Source: Candidatus Heimdallarchaeota archaeon
Lineage (GTDB): Archaea > Asgardarchaeota > Heimdallarchaeia > Heimdallarchaeales > Heimdallarchaeaceae
Length of the DNA stretch: 64,000 nucleotides
Assembly (NCBI GenBank): GCA_016840095.1
Contig: JAEOSZ010000040.1
Coordinates: 32,001 to 96,000, forward strand
Reading direction: 5' to 3'
Position numbers and translations under genes: made by a program. The notes beneath the pieces are model-generated. The model was not told the DNA's origin, made no database searches, and saw only the letters and a program-made list of their open reading frames with translations. This document shows, piece by piece, positions 1 through 9,001 of this stretch; the first letter of the stretch is position 1; the number at the start of each line of letters is the position of its first letter.

Positions 1-778
1 CCGTTAGTCCAAGTTCATAGATAAATTTAACATGTTTATCATCAAGATTAGAAATAAAAGCAAGTAAGGAAATTGCTGTTACGAATATTCCAATTGGAAG
101 AACATAATCAGGAAAAATAGTTGTAGTAGGTATTGTTAAAGCAATAAGCACAATACCACTCAAAGCTCCAATTATTTTGAGGAAAAGAAAGATTATGCTC
201 TCTTTTACATAAGTATTAGGACCATATAGTGAGTAAAAAGTCCAGTAGTTTAATGACTGAGGATTAATGTAAGGTTTTGACAACATGCCAAGAAAATTGC
301 TTCTCTCTACTTGCTTTAGGTCTTCTATTTCTCTAATCTGAGAAAATTCAAAATTTGCAGTTAGATAAACTTCTTTCTTCTCATACACTAACAATTGGAA
401 ATAATTCTTTCCTTGTTTTATCGAACTTACAAAGGATACATCTCTGAACCAAACCTCTTCAGGTTGAAGAGTTATGGTTTCAAGTTTCTTGGTTTTTTCA
501 TGTTTCCTTAAGTCACTAAACCAGCCAACAATTGAATATTTTATAGTTAGAGTAATAGGTTGACTTTCATTATTGGTTAAGAAAATTCTTACAATACCTT
601 TTTTGTTTTCTGGAATCTGATCAACTATGGGTAACATGACATAAGATAAAGCTTTAACCGATTCCATTTCGATATTATCTCTAAAATCTTTGTCTAATTC
701 GGTATAATGTGTGAACTTAGAAATAAATTTTGAAGCAAAAATAGGATTTTCAAGAATCTCATTGGTCATGTTGTTCAT
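1..778 (-). CDS. Hypothetical membrane protein, 3'-truncated by the window edge
   Basis: Hand translation from ATG 778: MNNMTNEILENPIFASKF... stays open to position 1 (~259 aa). Two hydrophobic segments near the end (IIFLFLKIIGALSGIVLIALTI; YVLPIGIFVTAISLLAFI). Not in the ORF track because it has no stop in the window. Confidence 0.75.
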   Translation of the reverse strand, partial: MNNMTNEILENPIFASKFISKFTHYTELDKDFRDNIEMESVKALSYVMLPIVDQIPENKKGIVRIFLTNNESQPITLTIKYSIVGWFSDLRKHEKTKKLETITLQPEEVWFRDVSFVSSIKQGKNYFQLLVYEKKEVYLTANFEFSQIREIEDLKQVERSNFLGMLSKPYINPQSLNYWTFYSLYGPNTYVKESIIFLFLKIIGALSGIVLIALTIPTTTIFPDYVLPIGIFVTAISLLAFISNLDDKHVKFIYELGLT

Positions 779-914
779 GTAAAACATTTATTTTAACTAT
801 AAAAAAACTTCGTCAATATGCAATGATAAATGCAATTTCTGGAGAAAGATAGTATTGCTAGTACTGTAAGAATCTTTAATAAATCTTTCAACTACTTCAA
901 TAGTGTGAAATAGT

Positions 915-2951
915 TTGAGATCAGATAATTTTGATTTACCAAATGAATTTTCTAGATTCGAGAAATTCATTAAGTCTGATTTTGAACAATTTTACCCAGT
1001 TTTTCAAAAATACCAAGATATGGAATATAGTTTCTTTCAGTCTATAGTTTATGCTTCAGATGATCTTGCAAATACTCCTAAAATTCCTGAATTTACTAGG
1101 ATAAACTATACCCAGATTGCGATGATAGGTTACTTCCTTCTCTCACAGTTCAAGAAAGTGTTAACCTTTCCCATACCTGAAGATAACTTCGAGGCTATGT
1201 ATTTCCGAATGAAATCTGCGAAATTTACAGGAGATAGAGAAGTTGTGTCAGCTCTTCTAGCCAATACAATTGCATTAATGGTTGAATTGAAGAAATCAGA
1301 CCCATCAATGCACAAGGCTTTCTCGGTAATTTTATCAATGGAAATAGCATCAATGAACTCTGATGTTCAGACAGTTCAACAATATTCTAAGGTTTTTAGA
1401 ACCAATCTTTTCGACACTGTTCTGATTGAAAAATACCCTCTTCTTACTCTCCAAGTAGTTAGTGATCTAGCTTACAGAGAATTTCGAACAGGAGATGAAA
1501 CATATTCAGGTTGGTTAGAAATTTACAAAGAATTAGCTGAAGCTTTGAATATGGACACAAAGAGACTTGATTGTTATACTATGCTTGGAGGACTATATAG
1601 ATTCAAAGGTTATCTAGAAGAAGCTTCTGAATATTATAGTAAAGCAATTGTAATTGCAGAAAAAATTGGCAATAAAGAATTCATTGCATCACTAATAGCT
1701 AATATGGCAGATTTAGAACATACTAGAGGTAATTTAGAAAAAGCCCTTTCATTATGTTTAGAAGCTCTTAAGGATCCAGAAATCTCACAATCTAAACCAA
1801 CTATTTACGTTAATATTGCTGAAGTACTAATCAAGAAAGAAGAGTTCAAAGAAGCATTAGAATATTTAGATAAAGCTCAGAAATTAACCAATAGAAATTC
1901 ACCTATTGTCAATTTGCTCTATGGATATGCGCTTACAAAAATCCCAGGAAAAGGCAATCTTCAGGAAGGTATAAAGTATCTAGAAAAGGGTGGTAATCTT
2001 AGCGAAAAATCAAAAAATCAAAGGTGGTTAACTACTTACTACTATTACATGGGAAGAATATATCTAGATACTTACGATCTTTCATCTTCAATTGAATCTT
2101 TTGAAAAATGTTATGAAATGGCAATCATAAGTGAATTTCAGTACGTTGTTTTATCACAATTATATTTAGCAGAAGCTTATTTACATAGATATAAGATCTC
2201 ACAGTCAGAAGGTGACTTAACTAACTCAGAGCGGTATTTGGCAAATGTTATTTCTATTTGTCAAGAACAAGATTTACCTATCTTAGCGGAGGTCCTCTAC
2301 ATTAGTGGACAATTACTTGTTGCACTAAACGAATTAGTTGATGCTGAGTTTGTTTTTGATCAAGCAATGGATTTAGCAGAGAAAAATGTTAACGCTCCAT
2401 TAGTGAAGAAGTGTGAAAATAGTATCTTAATGATTCAAAGTAATGAAATTGAGAAACCAATGGTAATCATTCATGAAATAACTGATGTCATTAATGATCT
2501 TGCTAAGCATTCTTACATCAAGAAAACTAAACGAATGCCTCAAGTTTATTTCCTAAACATCTTTACTGATGAAGGATCATATATTTATTCTTATTACTTC
2601 AACAGACAATTTCCAATAAATGATGTATTGATTTCAGGTTTAATTTCTGCAATAAGAACAATGTCTTCAGAAGTTTTTGGAAGCGGACTAAGGGGAATAG
2701 ATTTCGAAGGTAAAAAGTTGCTCGTGGAGAGTTTTGGTAGATTTTGTGGAATTCTTGCTTGTGATAGAGACAGTTTCAATGCGCGAACAAAATTATACAA
2801 TTATGTTCAGAGATTCAACCAAAAATTTGAAGATGTATACCAAAACATTGCTGCTGGACAGACATTGGATCAACTTCAAAAGGAAGCCGACTTATTAATT
2901 GAAATTATTTTTGAGAAATCTGATAGAGCATTTGTTGCACCTCCAGAATAG
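915..2951 (+). CDS. TPR-repeat protein with C-terminal longin-like domain
   Basis: MalT-like TPR helices (LGGLYRFKGYLEEASEYYSKAI; MGRIYLDTYDLSSSIESFEKC). C-terminal VYFLNIFTDEGSYIYSYYF...LISGLISAIRTMSSEVFGSGLRGIDF matches the longin pattern common in Asgard proteins. Confidence 0.75.
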   Translation: MRSDNFDLPNEFSRFEKFIKSDFEQFYPVFQKYQDMEYSFFQSIVYASDDLANTPKIPEFTRINYTQIAMIGYFLLSQFKKVLTFPIPEDNFEAMYFRMKSAKFTGDREVVSALLANTIALMVELKKSDPSMHKAFSVILSMEIASMNSDVQTVQQYSKVFRTNLFDTVLIEKYPLLTLQVVSDLAYREFRTGDETYSGWLEIYKELAEALNMDTKRLDCYTMLGGLYRFKGYLEEASEYYSKAIVIAEKIGNKEFIASLIANMADLEHTRGNLEKALSLCLEALKDPEISQSKPTIYVNIAEVLIKKEEFKEALEYLDKAQKLTNRNSPIVNLLYGYALTKIPGKGNLQEGIKYLEKGGNLSEKSKNQRWLTTYYYYMGRIYLDTYDLSSSIESFEKCYEMAIISEFQYVVLSQLYLAEAYLHRYKISQSEGDLTNSERYLANVISICQEQDLPILAEVLYISGQLLVALNELVDAEFVFDQAMDLAEKNVNAPLVKKCENSILMIQSNEIEKPMVIIHEITDVINDLAKHSYIKKTKRMPQVYFLNIFTDEGSYIYSYYFNRQFPINDVLISGLISAIRTMSSEVFGSGLRGIDFEGKKLLVESFGRFCGILACDRDSFNARTKLYNYVQRFNQKFEDVYQNIAAGQTLDQLQKEADLLIEIIFEKSDRAFVAPPE

Positions 2952-2990
2952 GAAACATTTTTTAGCTGTTCTTCGGAAGGAAAATTACTC

Positions 2991-4178
2991 ATGAGTAAAT
3001 TAGATTATGAAAATCTTACTTCAACTGCATTTCAATTAAGATGCACTGCTTGTGGAGACATTCACAATATTGACTCAAAGCATAGATTGTGTTCTTGTGG
3101 GAAGGTTTTATTCGCTGATTATGACTTGGAAAAAGCTAAAGAGACTCTGGATAAATCAACCTTTTACAACCGAAGATATGATATATGGAGAATGGCAGAA
3201 ATTATGCCTGTTTTTAAAAATAAATACCGTTTCACTCTTGGAGAAGGTTGGACACCCTTAGTGAAAATAGTCAATCTTGGGGAAAAACTTGGTTTGAAGA
3301 ATCTTTATTTGAAAGATGAAAGCTTCAATCCAACAGGCTCATTCAAAAGTAGAGGTTTATGTGCAGCAGTTTCAAGAGCTGTAGAGTTAGGAATAAAGGA
3401 ATTTGTCATACCAACAGCTGGAAATGCTGGAGCTGCTCTAGCTGCTTATGCTACAAGATCTAATTCGAAAGCTCATGTGTTCATGCCAGAGGATACACCT
3501 CCTTTTATTGTAAGAGAAATCAAAGCTCTCGGTGCTGATGCACGTCTGATTGAAGGATTAATAACAGATGCAGGCAAGATGGCTAGAAAGGAAGCAGAAG
3601 AAAATGATTGGTTCGACGTATCGACTTTAAAGGAACCTTACAGAGTTGAAGGAAAGAAGACTATGGGACTTGAACTAGCAGAGCAATTTGACTGGTCATT
3701 ACCAGATGTTATAGTTTATCCAACTGGTGGAGGAACAGGTATTATAGGCATGTGGAAAGCATTTGATGAACTTGAACAACTTGGATTTATTGATAGTCAT
3801 AGGCCTAGGATGATATCCGTTCAATCAAGTACTTGTGCACCTATTGTCAAAGCATTTGAGGAGGGAAAAGATTATGCTGAATTCTGGGAAAATGCACATA
3901 CAATTGCTGCAGGATTACGCGTTCCAGCAGCTATAGCTGACTATCTCATTCTGAAAACTATAAGAGATTCAAAAGGAACAGCTGTTGCAGTTGATGATTT
4001 AACTATCAAAATAGCTATGAATCAACTTGCCAAAGAAGAAGGCATAATGTTATCACCTGAAGCAGCAGCTACTGTAGCATCTTTGGACATACTAATAGAC
4101 AATAAAGATATCTCTAAAGATGAAACAATAGTTATATTCGGTACAGGTTCTGGATTAACTACTCCTGAAGAATGGTAG
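2991..4178 (+). CDS. thrC: Threonine synthase (PLP fold II)
   Basis: N-terminal Cys pair, LGEGWTPL, NPTGSFKSRG PLP-lysine motif, TAGNAG, PTGGGTG. Confidence 0.85.
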   Translation: MSKLDYENLTSTAFQLRCTACGDIHNIDSKHRLCSCGKVLFADYDLEKAKETLDKSTFYNRRYDIWRMAEIMPVFKNKYRFTLGEGWTPLVKIVNLGEKLGLKNLYLKDESFNPTGSFKSRGLCAAVSRAVELGIKEFVIPTAGNAGAALAAYATRSNSKAHVFMPEDTPPFIVREIKALGADARLIEGLITDAGKMARKEAEENDWFDVSTLKEPYRVEGKKTMGLELAEQFDWSLPDVIVYPTGGGTGIIGMWKAFDELEQLGFIDSHRPRMISVQSSTCAPIVKAFEEGKDYAEFWENAHTIAAGLRVPAAIADYLILKTIRDSKGTAVAVDDLTIKIAMNQLAKEEGIMLSPEAAATVASLDILIDNKDISKDETIVIFGTGSGLTTPEEW

Positions 4179-4180
4179 AA

Positions 4181-5128
4181 TTAAACATGTGGAAGAATTT
4201 CTTCTACTAATATCTTCATTTGTTCAATTTCCTTATCTTGAGGAAACATGAAAATAAACTGTTCAATTCCTAATTTTGAATAAGCTTTCAACCATTCACG
4301 AATTTCTTCTATTGTACCATGCATAGAACCCTTGTTTCTCTCTTCCATTTCTTCTAAAGTGAAACCTCTTTTTTCAGCTATCTCTTTCCAGATTCTTTTC
4401 TTCTCTTCATCTGATTCAAAAATTCTAGTCCAGACACCGTAGGTTCGTCTTAGAGAGCTAGGTTTTCTCTCATACTTCTCACATAGTTCATCTAATTGGT
4501 TCATCTTATCTTCAAAATCTTCTAGAGTATATGACCATGCTAAGTTGATACCATCAGCATATTTAGCTGCAATATTGAGCATTTTTGGTCGTCCATACAT
4601 AGTTCCAACAAAGATAGGTGGATAGGGTTTTTGTAAAGGTTTGGGAAATGATACTGCATTGTTTAATTGGTAATATTCTCCTTGATAATTAGCTCTCTCT
4701 TGAGTCCATAATTCTCTAATTACTTCAATACCTTCAACCATTTGTTTAAGTCTAATTCCTGTAGATGGAAACTCTATCCCATATTGTTTATATTCTACTT
4801 CTTTCCATCCTCCACCGTAACCAAATTCTATCCTTCCATTTGAATAGTGATCCAAGGATGCAATCTGCTTTGCAAGAACGGTTGGATGTCTATAATTATT
4901 ACAAAATACTAAGGAACCAATTCGTAGCTTCTCAGTGTAGGAAACTGCTGCCATCATTGCAGTAAAACACTCATATGCTAACGTTTCGGTTGAATCACCT
5001 GTTACCATAAAATGATCTGAAAACCAAGCATGACTAAAACCAATTTTTTCAGCATATTGAGTCATATCTTTTATCTGTTCGAAATCAAAACCAAATTGAG
5101 GTTCTACTTGTAACCCATATGAAACCAT
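4181..5128 (-). CDS. LLM-class (probably F420-dependent) oxidoreductase
   Basis: WFSDHF, YRHPTVLAKQIASLDHYSNGRIEFGYGGGW, PKPLQKPYPPI. Confidence 0.9.
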   Translation of the reverse strand: MVSYGLQVEPQFGFDFEQIKDMTQYAEKIGFSHAWFSDHFMVTGDSTETLAYECFTAMMAAVSYTEKLRIGSLVFCNNYRHPTVLAKQIASLDHYSNGRIEFGYGGGWKEVEYKQYGIEFPSTGIRLKQMVEGIEVIRELWTQERANYQGEYYQLNNAVSFPKPLQKPYPPIFVGTMYGRPKMLNIAAKYADGINLAWSYTLEDFEDKMNQLDELCEKYERKPSSLRRTYGVWTRIFESDEEKKRIWKEIAEKRGFTLEEMEERNKGSMHGTIEEIREWLKAYSKLGIEQFIFMFPQDKEIEQMKILVEEILPHV

Positions 5129-5173
5129 GAAAGAAGTTAGATTCTCTAATTAATAAATTGTTAGGTAAAAAAA

Positions 5174-6121
5174 TTAGATTTTTGGCATGATTTTATCCGC
5201 AAAAATCTTTATTTGTTGAACTTCTTCATTTTGAGGGAAAAACATTATGAAATGATCTACACCAATTTTCTTGTAATCCTTCAATTTAGCTACAATTTCA
5301 TCTGGAGTCCCATGAACAATGTTAGCCAAACGCTTCTCCAGCTCCTCAACAGAAACTTTTTGATGTTCAGCAGTTTCTTTCAGATGTTTCTTCTTCTCAT
5401 CTTCATCCTTGTAAATCTGCGACCAAGCTCCATAAGATTTTTTCATAATTTTTGGATCTCTTCCGTGTTCAACCATCATATTATCAAGTTTGTAGAATTT
5501 CTGTTCTAAATCATCAACAGATACTGCCCATGCAAAGTTTACTCCTTCCCCATATTTTGCTGTAAGATTGAGAATCTTATCTTTACCACTACCTACACCA
5601 ATCCAGATAGTAGGATGAGGTTTTTGTAAAGGTTTAGGTGCTGCTACTGCATCCTTAATTTTGTAGTATTTTCCATCAAAAGTTGTTCTTTCTTCAGTCC
5701 AAAGACTCTTAATAATCTGAAGAGCTTCTTCAAACATTGCTAAACGAACACCACCACTTGGGAATTCTATTCCATACTGATTGAATTCCACTTCTTTCCA
5801 TCCTGTTCCAAATCCAAACTCTATTCTCCCATTGCTGAAGTGATCAAGTGTTGCTATTTGTTTAGCTAATACAGCTGGATATCTATATAGATTGCAAAGA
5901 ACTAAAGGACCTATTCTTAGTTTCTCTGTTTTCGCAGCTGCTCCCATCATAGCTGCTATACATTCGAAGCAATTCTGGTCTACTGAATCAGCTCTAAGAA
6001 GAAAATGATCTGAAAACCAGGTATGAGTAAAGCTATTTTTCTCAGCTGCTTGAACTATATCGTAAATTTCTTTCCAATTATACCCCATCTGAGGTTCAAT
6101 TTGTACTCCGAAAGTAGTCAT
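5174..6121 (-). CDS. LLM-class (probably F420-dependent) oxidoreductase, tandem paralogue
   Basis: WFSDHF, YRYPAVLAKQIATLDHFSNGRIEFGFGTGW, PKPLQKPHPTI. Same length (315 aa) as its neighbour. Confidence 0.9.
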   Translation of the reverse strand: MTTFGVQIEPQMGYNWKEIYDIVQAAEKNSFTHTWFSDHFLLRADSVDQNCFECIAAMMGAAAKTEKLRIGPLVLCNLYRYPAVLAKQIATLDHFSNGRIEFGFGTGWKEVEFNQYGIEFPSGGVRLAMFEEALQIIKSLWTEERTTFDGKYYKIKDAVAAPKPLQKPHPTIWIGVGSGKDKILNLTAKYGEGVNFAWAVSVDDLEQKFYKLDNMMVEHGRDPKIMKKSYGAWSQIYKDEDEKKKHLKETAEHQKVSVEELEKRLANIVHGTPDEIVAKLKDYKKIGVDHFIMFFPQNEEVQQIKIFADKIMPKI

Positions 6122-6218
6122 AGTTTTTACTTTTATTGGATTTTAATAAGTTTTTAGTAAAATTTGATAGCTGGACAGTGAAAAGGAATAATTAAATAAT
6201 AGTACCCGTAAAATATTA

Positions 6219-6632
6219 TTGATGTCAGTTATAAAATTCTTTGATGACATGGAAGTAGATAACTTCCTATGGTTATCAGCAGCATTCGTAATCTTATTCG
6301 CTTCTGGTTTTGTCATAGGATTCATTAGAGACTATTTATGGATGGTAATTCTAGCAGCTGTAGTAGCAGGATTATTCCTTATTTGGTGTTCAATGTATGT
6401 GATTATCAACAGAAAAGAATGGAAAAAGGAAAAGGAAATTCTAGTAGAATTACCAAGCTTTCCTGAACCTGATTTCTGTGACATGTGCAGTAAAGAATTG
6501 GAGGGAGGAGAAAGAAGAACTGATGGAGAGTTCTTGATAATCATATGCCCTCATTGTAAAGCTGAAAATATTGTATCAAGTGAAGCTAAGATACAAGAAG
6601 TAGAGAAAACAATAGAGGGAGAAGAAGAGTAA
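6219..6632 (+). CDS. Two-TM membrane protein with C-terminal C4 zinc ribbon
   Basis: Two hydrophobic helices, then CDMC...CPHC. Ends 2 bp before the next gene. Confidence 0.75.
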   Translation: MMSVIKFFDDMEVDNFLWLSAAFVILFASGFVIGFIRDYLWMVILAAVVAGLFLIWCSMYVIINRKEWKKEKEILVELPSFPEPDFCDMCSKELEGGERRTDGEFLIIICPHCKAENIVSSEAKIQEVEKTIEGEEE

Positions 6633-6634
6633 AT

Positions 6635-7879
6635 ATGCCCAGAGAATTTCCAATAGTTAAACCTATGATTATAACTTATGCAGTTTCTATGCTAGTTCTT
6701 GTACTAACAGCAGGATATCATCATACTCAAGGATTTATTGAGATGTTTGCTGTTATTTTCATAACTCCAGTGTGTATAATAGCTCTAGTAGGTTTTGAAT
6801 GGACTTTCAAACCTATTAGCAGATGGTTTAAGAGGAATCGTTACAATTTTGACTATAGTATATTAGAATTAGTTTGGGTAATCATACTACAAGCAGCTTT
6901 TTGTTTTGGTTTACTGCTTTCCTGGAGCAATTTCTTTTCTATAGGTAGAATAGAAGTTTTAGTTTTTAGTCTTACTACTATATTTCCTTCATCTTTCTTT
7001 ATTTTCTATCTTATATCTTGGATAAGGTATAGAAGGAAAGATGTTGTTACCAGTGATTTAGATGTAATTATCAAGAAAACTTCCTGGTTAGAATCAAAAA
7101 AGAAAATCGAAACTGAATATGATTTCGAAAGCAAAATCTTAATTCCGGGGTTAACTTCTGAGAATATTATTGATCAAGATAAACTTAGTATCACATACGA
7201 AGTTCCCTCCAAGCACAGGTATTATGATGTATTTACTAAACTCAAAATTGATTATATAGATTATCTGAAAGCTTTACGTCTTACTATGAAATTAAAGTCA
7301 GATTCTTTGCTTTCACTTAGTATTAAAAGAAGAGACACTGCATTTTCACATTTAAAAGAGGAACTAGTGATTCCTCGTTTATCTAATGTATATGTACTAG
7401 ATAGTTCAACTCCAGAGGTGTGGGGTAATCTCTTTAATGATACTTTATTTAGACAAAGCTTACTCATGCTCAGACCACATTTGGATCAATTTTCATTGAA
7501 AGGAGAATATGTTGAAGTTGTAATTTATTCAGAGAAAGCAATTCTAAAAGTTCTTGATTGGGTGATGGATCTTAATCCTTCAATGGAAAAGTTAACTGGA
7601 GAACTAGAAGTAACAAGAGCAGAAAAAATGCTTTGTTATAGTTGTCAAGATCCGTTTGACCCATTTGAAGAAATTTGTGGTAAATGCGGAAGTCCTAGAC
7701 CTAGATGCATTATTTGCTTCCAAGATCTCAAACCTGAAGTTGATATTGATGTAGTCATCTTACCTTGCTGTAAGATTTATGCCCACAAAGATCATATGAC
7801 TCTTTGGTTTACTCGAAAAACAAATTGTCCTAATTGTCATGCTGATCTTAGCAGATGGGCAAATGAAATAAGAATATAA
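6635..7879 (+). CDS. Multi-TM protein with C-terminal Zn-ribbon + RING finger (putative membrane E3 ligase 1)
   Basis: About 4 N-terminal TM helices. Tail CYSC..CGKC-GSPRPR-CIIC..PCC-x4-HKDH-x3-W-x6-CPNC. Confidence 0.8.
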   Translation: MPREFPIVKPMIITYAVSMLVLVLTAGYHHTQGFIEMFAVIFITPVCIIALVGFEWTFKPISRWFKRNRYNFDYSILELVWVIILQAAFCFGLLLSWSNFFSIGRIEVLVFSLTTIFPSSFFIFYLISWIRYRRKDVVTSDLDVIIKKTSWLESKKKIETEYDFESKILIPGLTSENIIDQDKLSITYEVPSKHRYYDVFTKLKIDYIDYLKALRLTMKLKSDSLLSLSIKRRDTAFSHLKEELVIPRLSNVYVLDSSTPEVWGNLFNDTLFRQSLLMLRPHLDQFSLKGEYVEVVIYSEKAILKVLDWVMDLNPSMEKLTGELEVTRAEKMLCYSCQDPFDPFEEICGKCGSPRPRCIICFQDLKPEVDIDVVILPCCKIYAHKDHMTLWFTRKTNCPNCHADLSRWANEIRI

Positions 7880-7920
7880 AAAAAGGTGTATGTACATATA
7901 AGATTCAAGCAGAAAAGGAG

Positions 7921-8862
7921 TTGAATGTGGTGGTTGATGTTACAGATTTTCTATATTTGATTTTTTTAGTTGTTATTGCTTTTATTGCAATTCCTATAAG
8001 TAGATCGAGAAAGAAAAAAAGAGAACAAAGAGCAAGACAACATCAAACGTATAAAAGCTATACTCAACCTCAGCCAGGATATGCTGCTTATCAACAAAAA
8101 AAAGCGATAGATTTTGACAGTATTTTGCGTAATCTTAGGATTACTGATACTTCTTCTGTCGATAGAGCTCTTAACGGAATTCAATTAGTACTTCCAAAAG
8201 ACAATCCCTATTCATTATTTTCAGATATTAAAATCATTCAACATAGAAATAATGCCATCAAAATTTATGCAACTTTATCTAGAGTTATTCCTTCTGATTT
8301 GGAAGTGAGAAATAAGCAGAAAGTTTTTTCTTCGGGCGTAAATGAAATACGAGTACCTCAATTAGCTAGTACATACAATATCTCAACAGAAAAAGGAGAA
8401 ATGTGGGCAAGCATACTATCTATCGATAAGTCTGTAGATCACTTGTTATCCTTACAGTATGAACTAGAATATTTCTACCTAAGAGAAGATTATTTTGAAT
8501 CAGTAGTTTATTCTGAAGCTGGTGTTTTCAGTGTGCTCAATTTTATCAAATTTCTACATTTCAATATCAAGAATCTTTTTGTTGATGTGAAAGATTATGA
8601 CGTTGAGCAACTAAAATGTTACAATTGTGAAGATCCATTTGATCCATTGGAAGAAATATGCGATAAATGCGGAGCACCACGACCTCGTTGCTTGATCTGT
8701 TATCAAGATTTGAAACCTTCAGAAAAACAAGAAGTAGTTCAGGTACCTTGTTGTAGTATTTATACTCACAAAGACCATATGTTAGCTTGGTTAAAGAAAA
8801 ATAAAAAATGTCCAAATTGTCACCAAGATCTAAGTCATTGGGCAAATAAGCTAATGCTGTAA
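7921..8862 (+). CDS. Single-TM protein with C-terminal Zn-ribbon + RING finger (putative membrane E3 ligase 2)
   Basis: N-terminal TM followed by a basic stretch. Tail CYNC..CDKC-GAPRPR-CLIC..PCC-x4-HKDH-x3-W-x6-CPNC. Confidence 0.8.
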   Translation: MNVVVDVTDFLYLIFLVVIAFIAIPISRSRKKKREQRARQHQTYKSYTQPQPGYAAYQQKKAIDFDSILRNLRITDTSSVDRALNGIQLVLPKDNPYSLFSDIKIIQHRNNAIKIYATLSRVIPSDLEVRNKQKVFSSGVNEIRVPQLASTYNISTEKGEMWASILSIDKSVDHLLSLQYELEYFYLREDYFESVVYSEAGVFSVLNFIKFLHFNIKNLFVDVKDYDVEQLKCYNCEDPFDPLEEICDKCGAPRPRCLICYQDLKPSEKQEVVQVPCCSIYTHKDHMLAWLKKNKKCPNCHQDLSHWANKLML

Positions 8863-9001
8863 AAGCAAAATCATCTAAGAGAAATCTATTTGTTAAACAA
8901 TTTTTAAAATATGGTTTATCTCTTAAAGTAGAACTTATAATAACTTACAAAGCTTGTTAGGATTTATTAAGATAGTATTTTAAAGCTGGAAATACATATT
9001 T

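Noticed and set aside
6219-6632. Lunapark homologue (2 TM + C4 zinc finger)
   Set aside because: Only the gross architecture matches. The protein is much shorter and lacks recognisable Lunapark-specific sequence.
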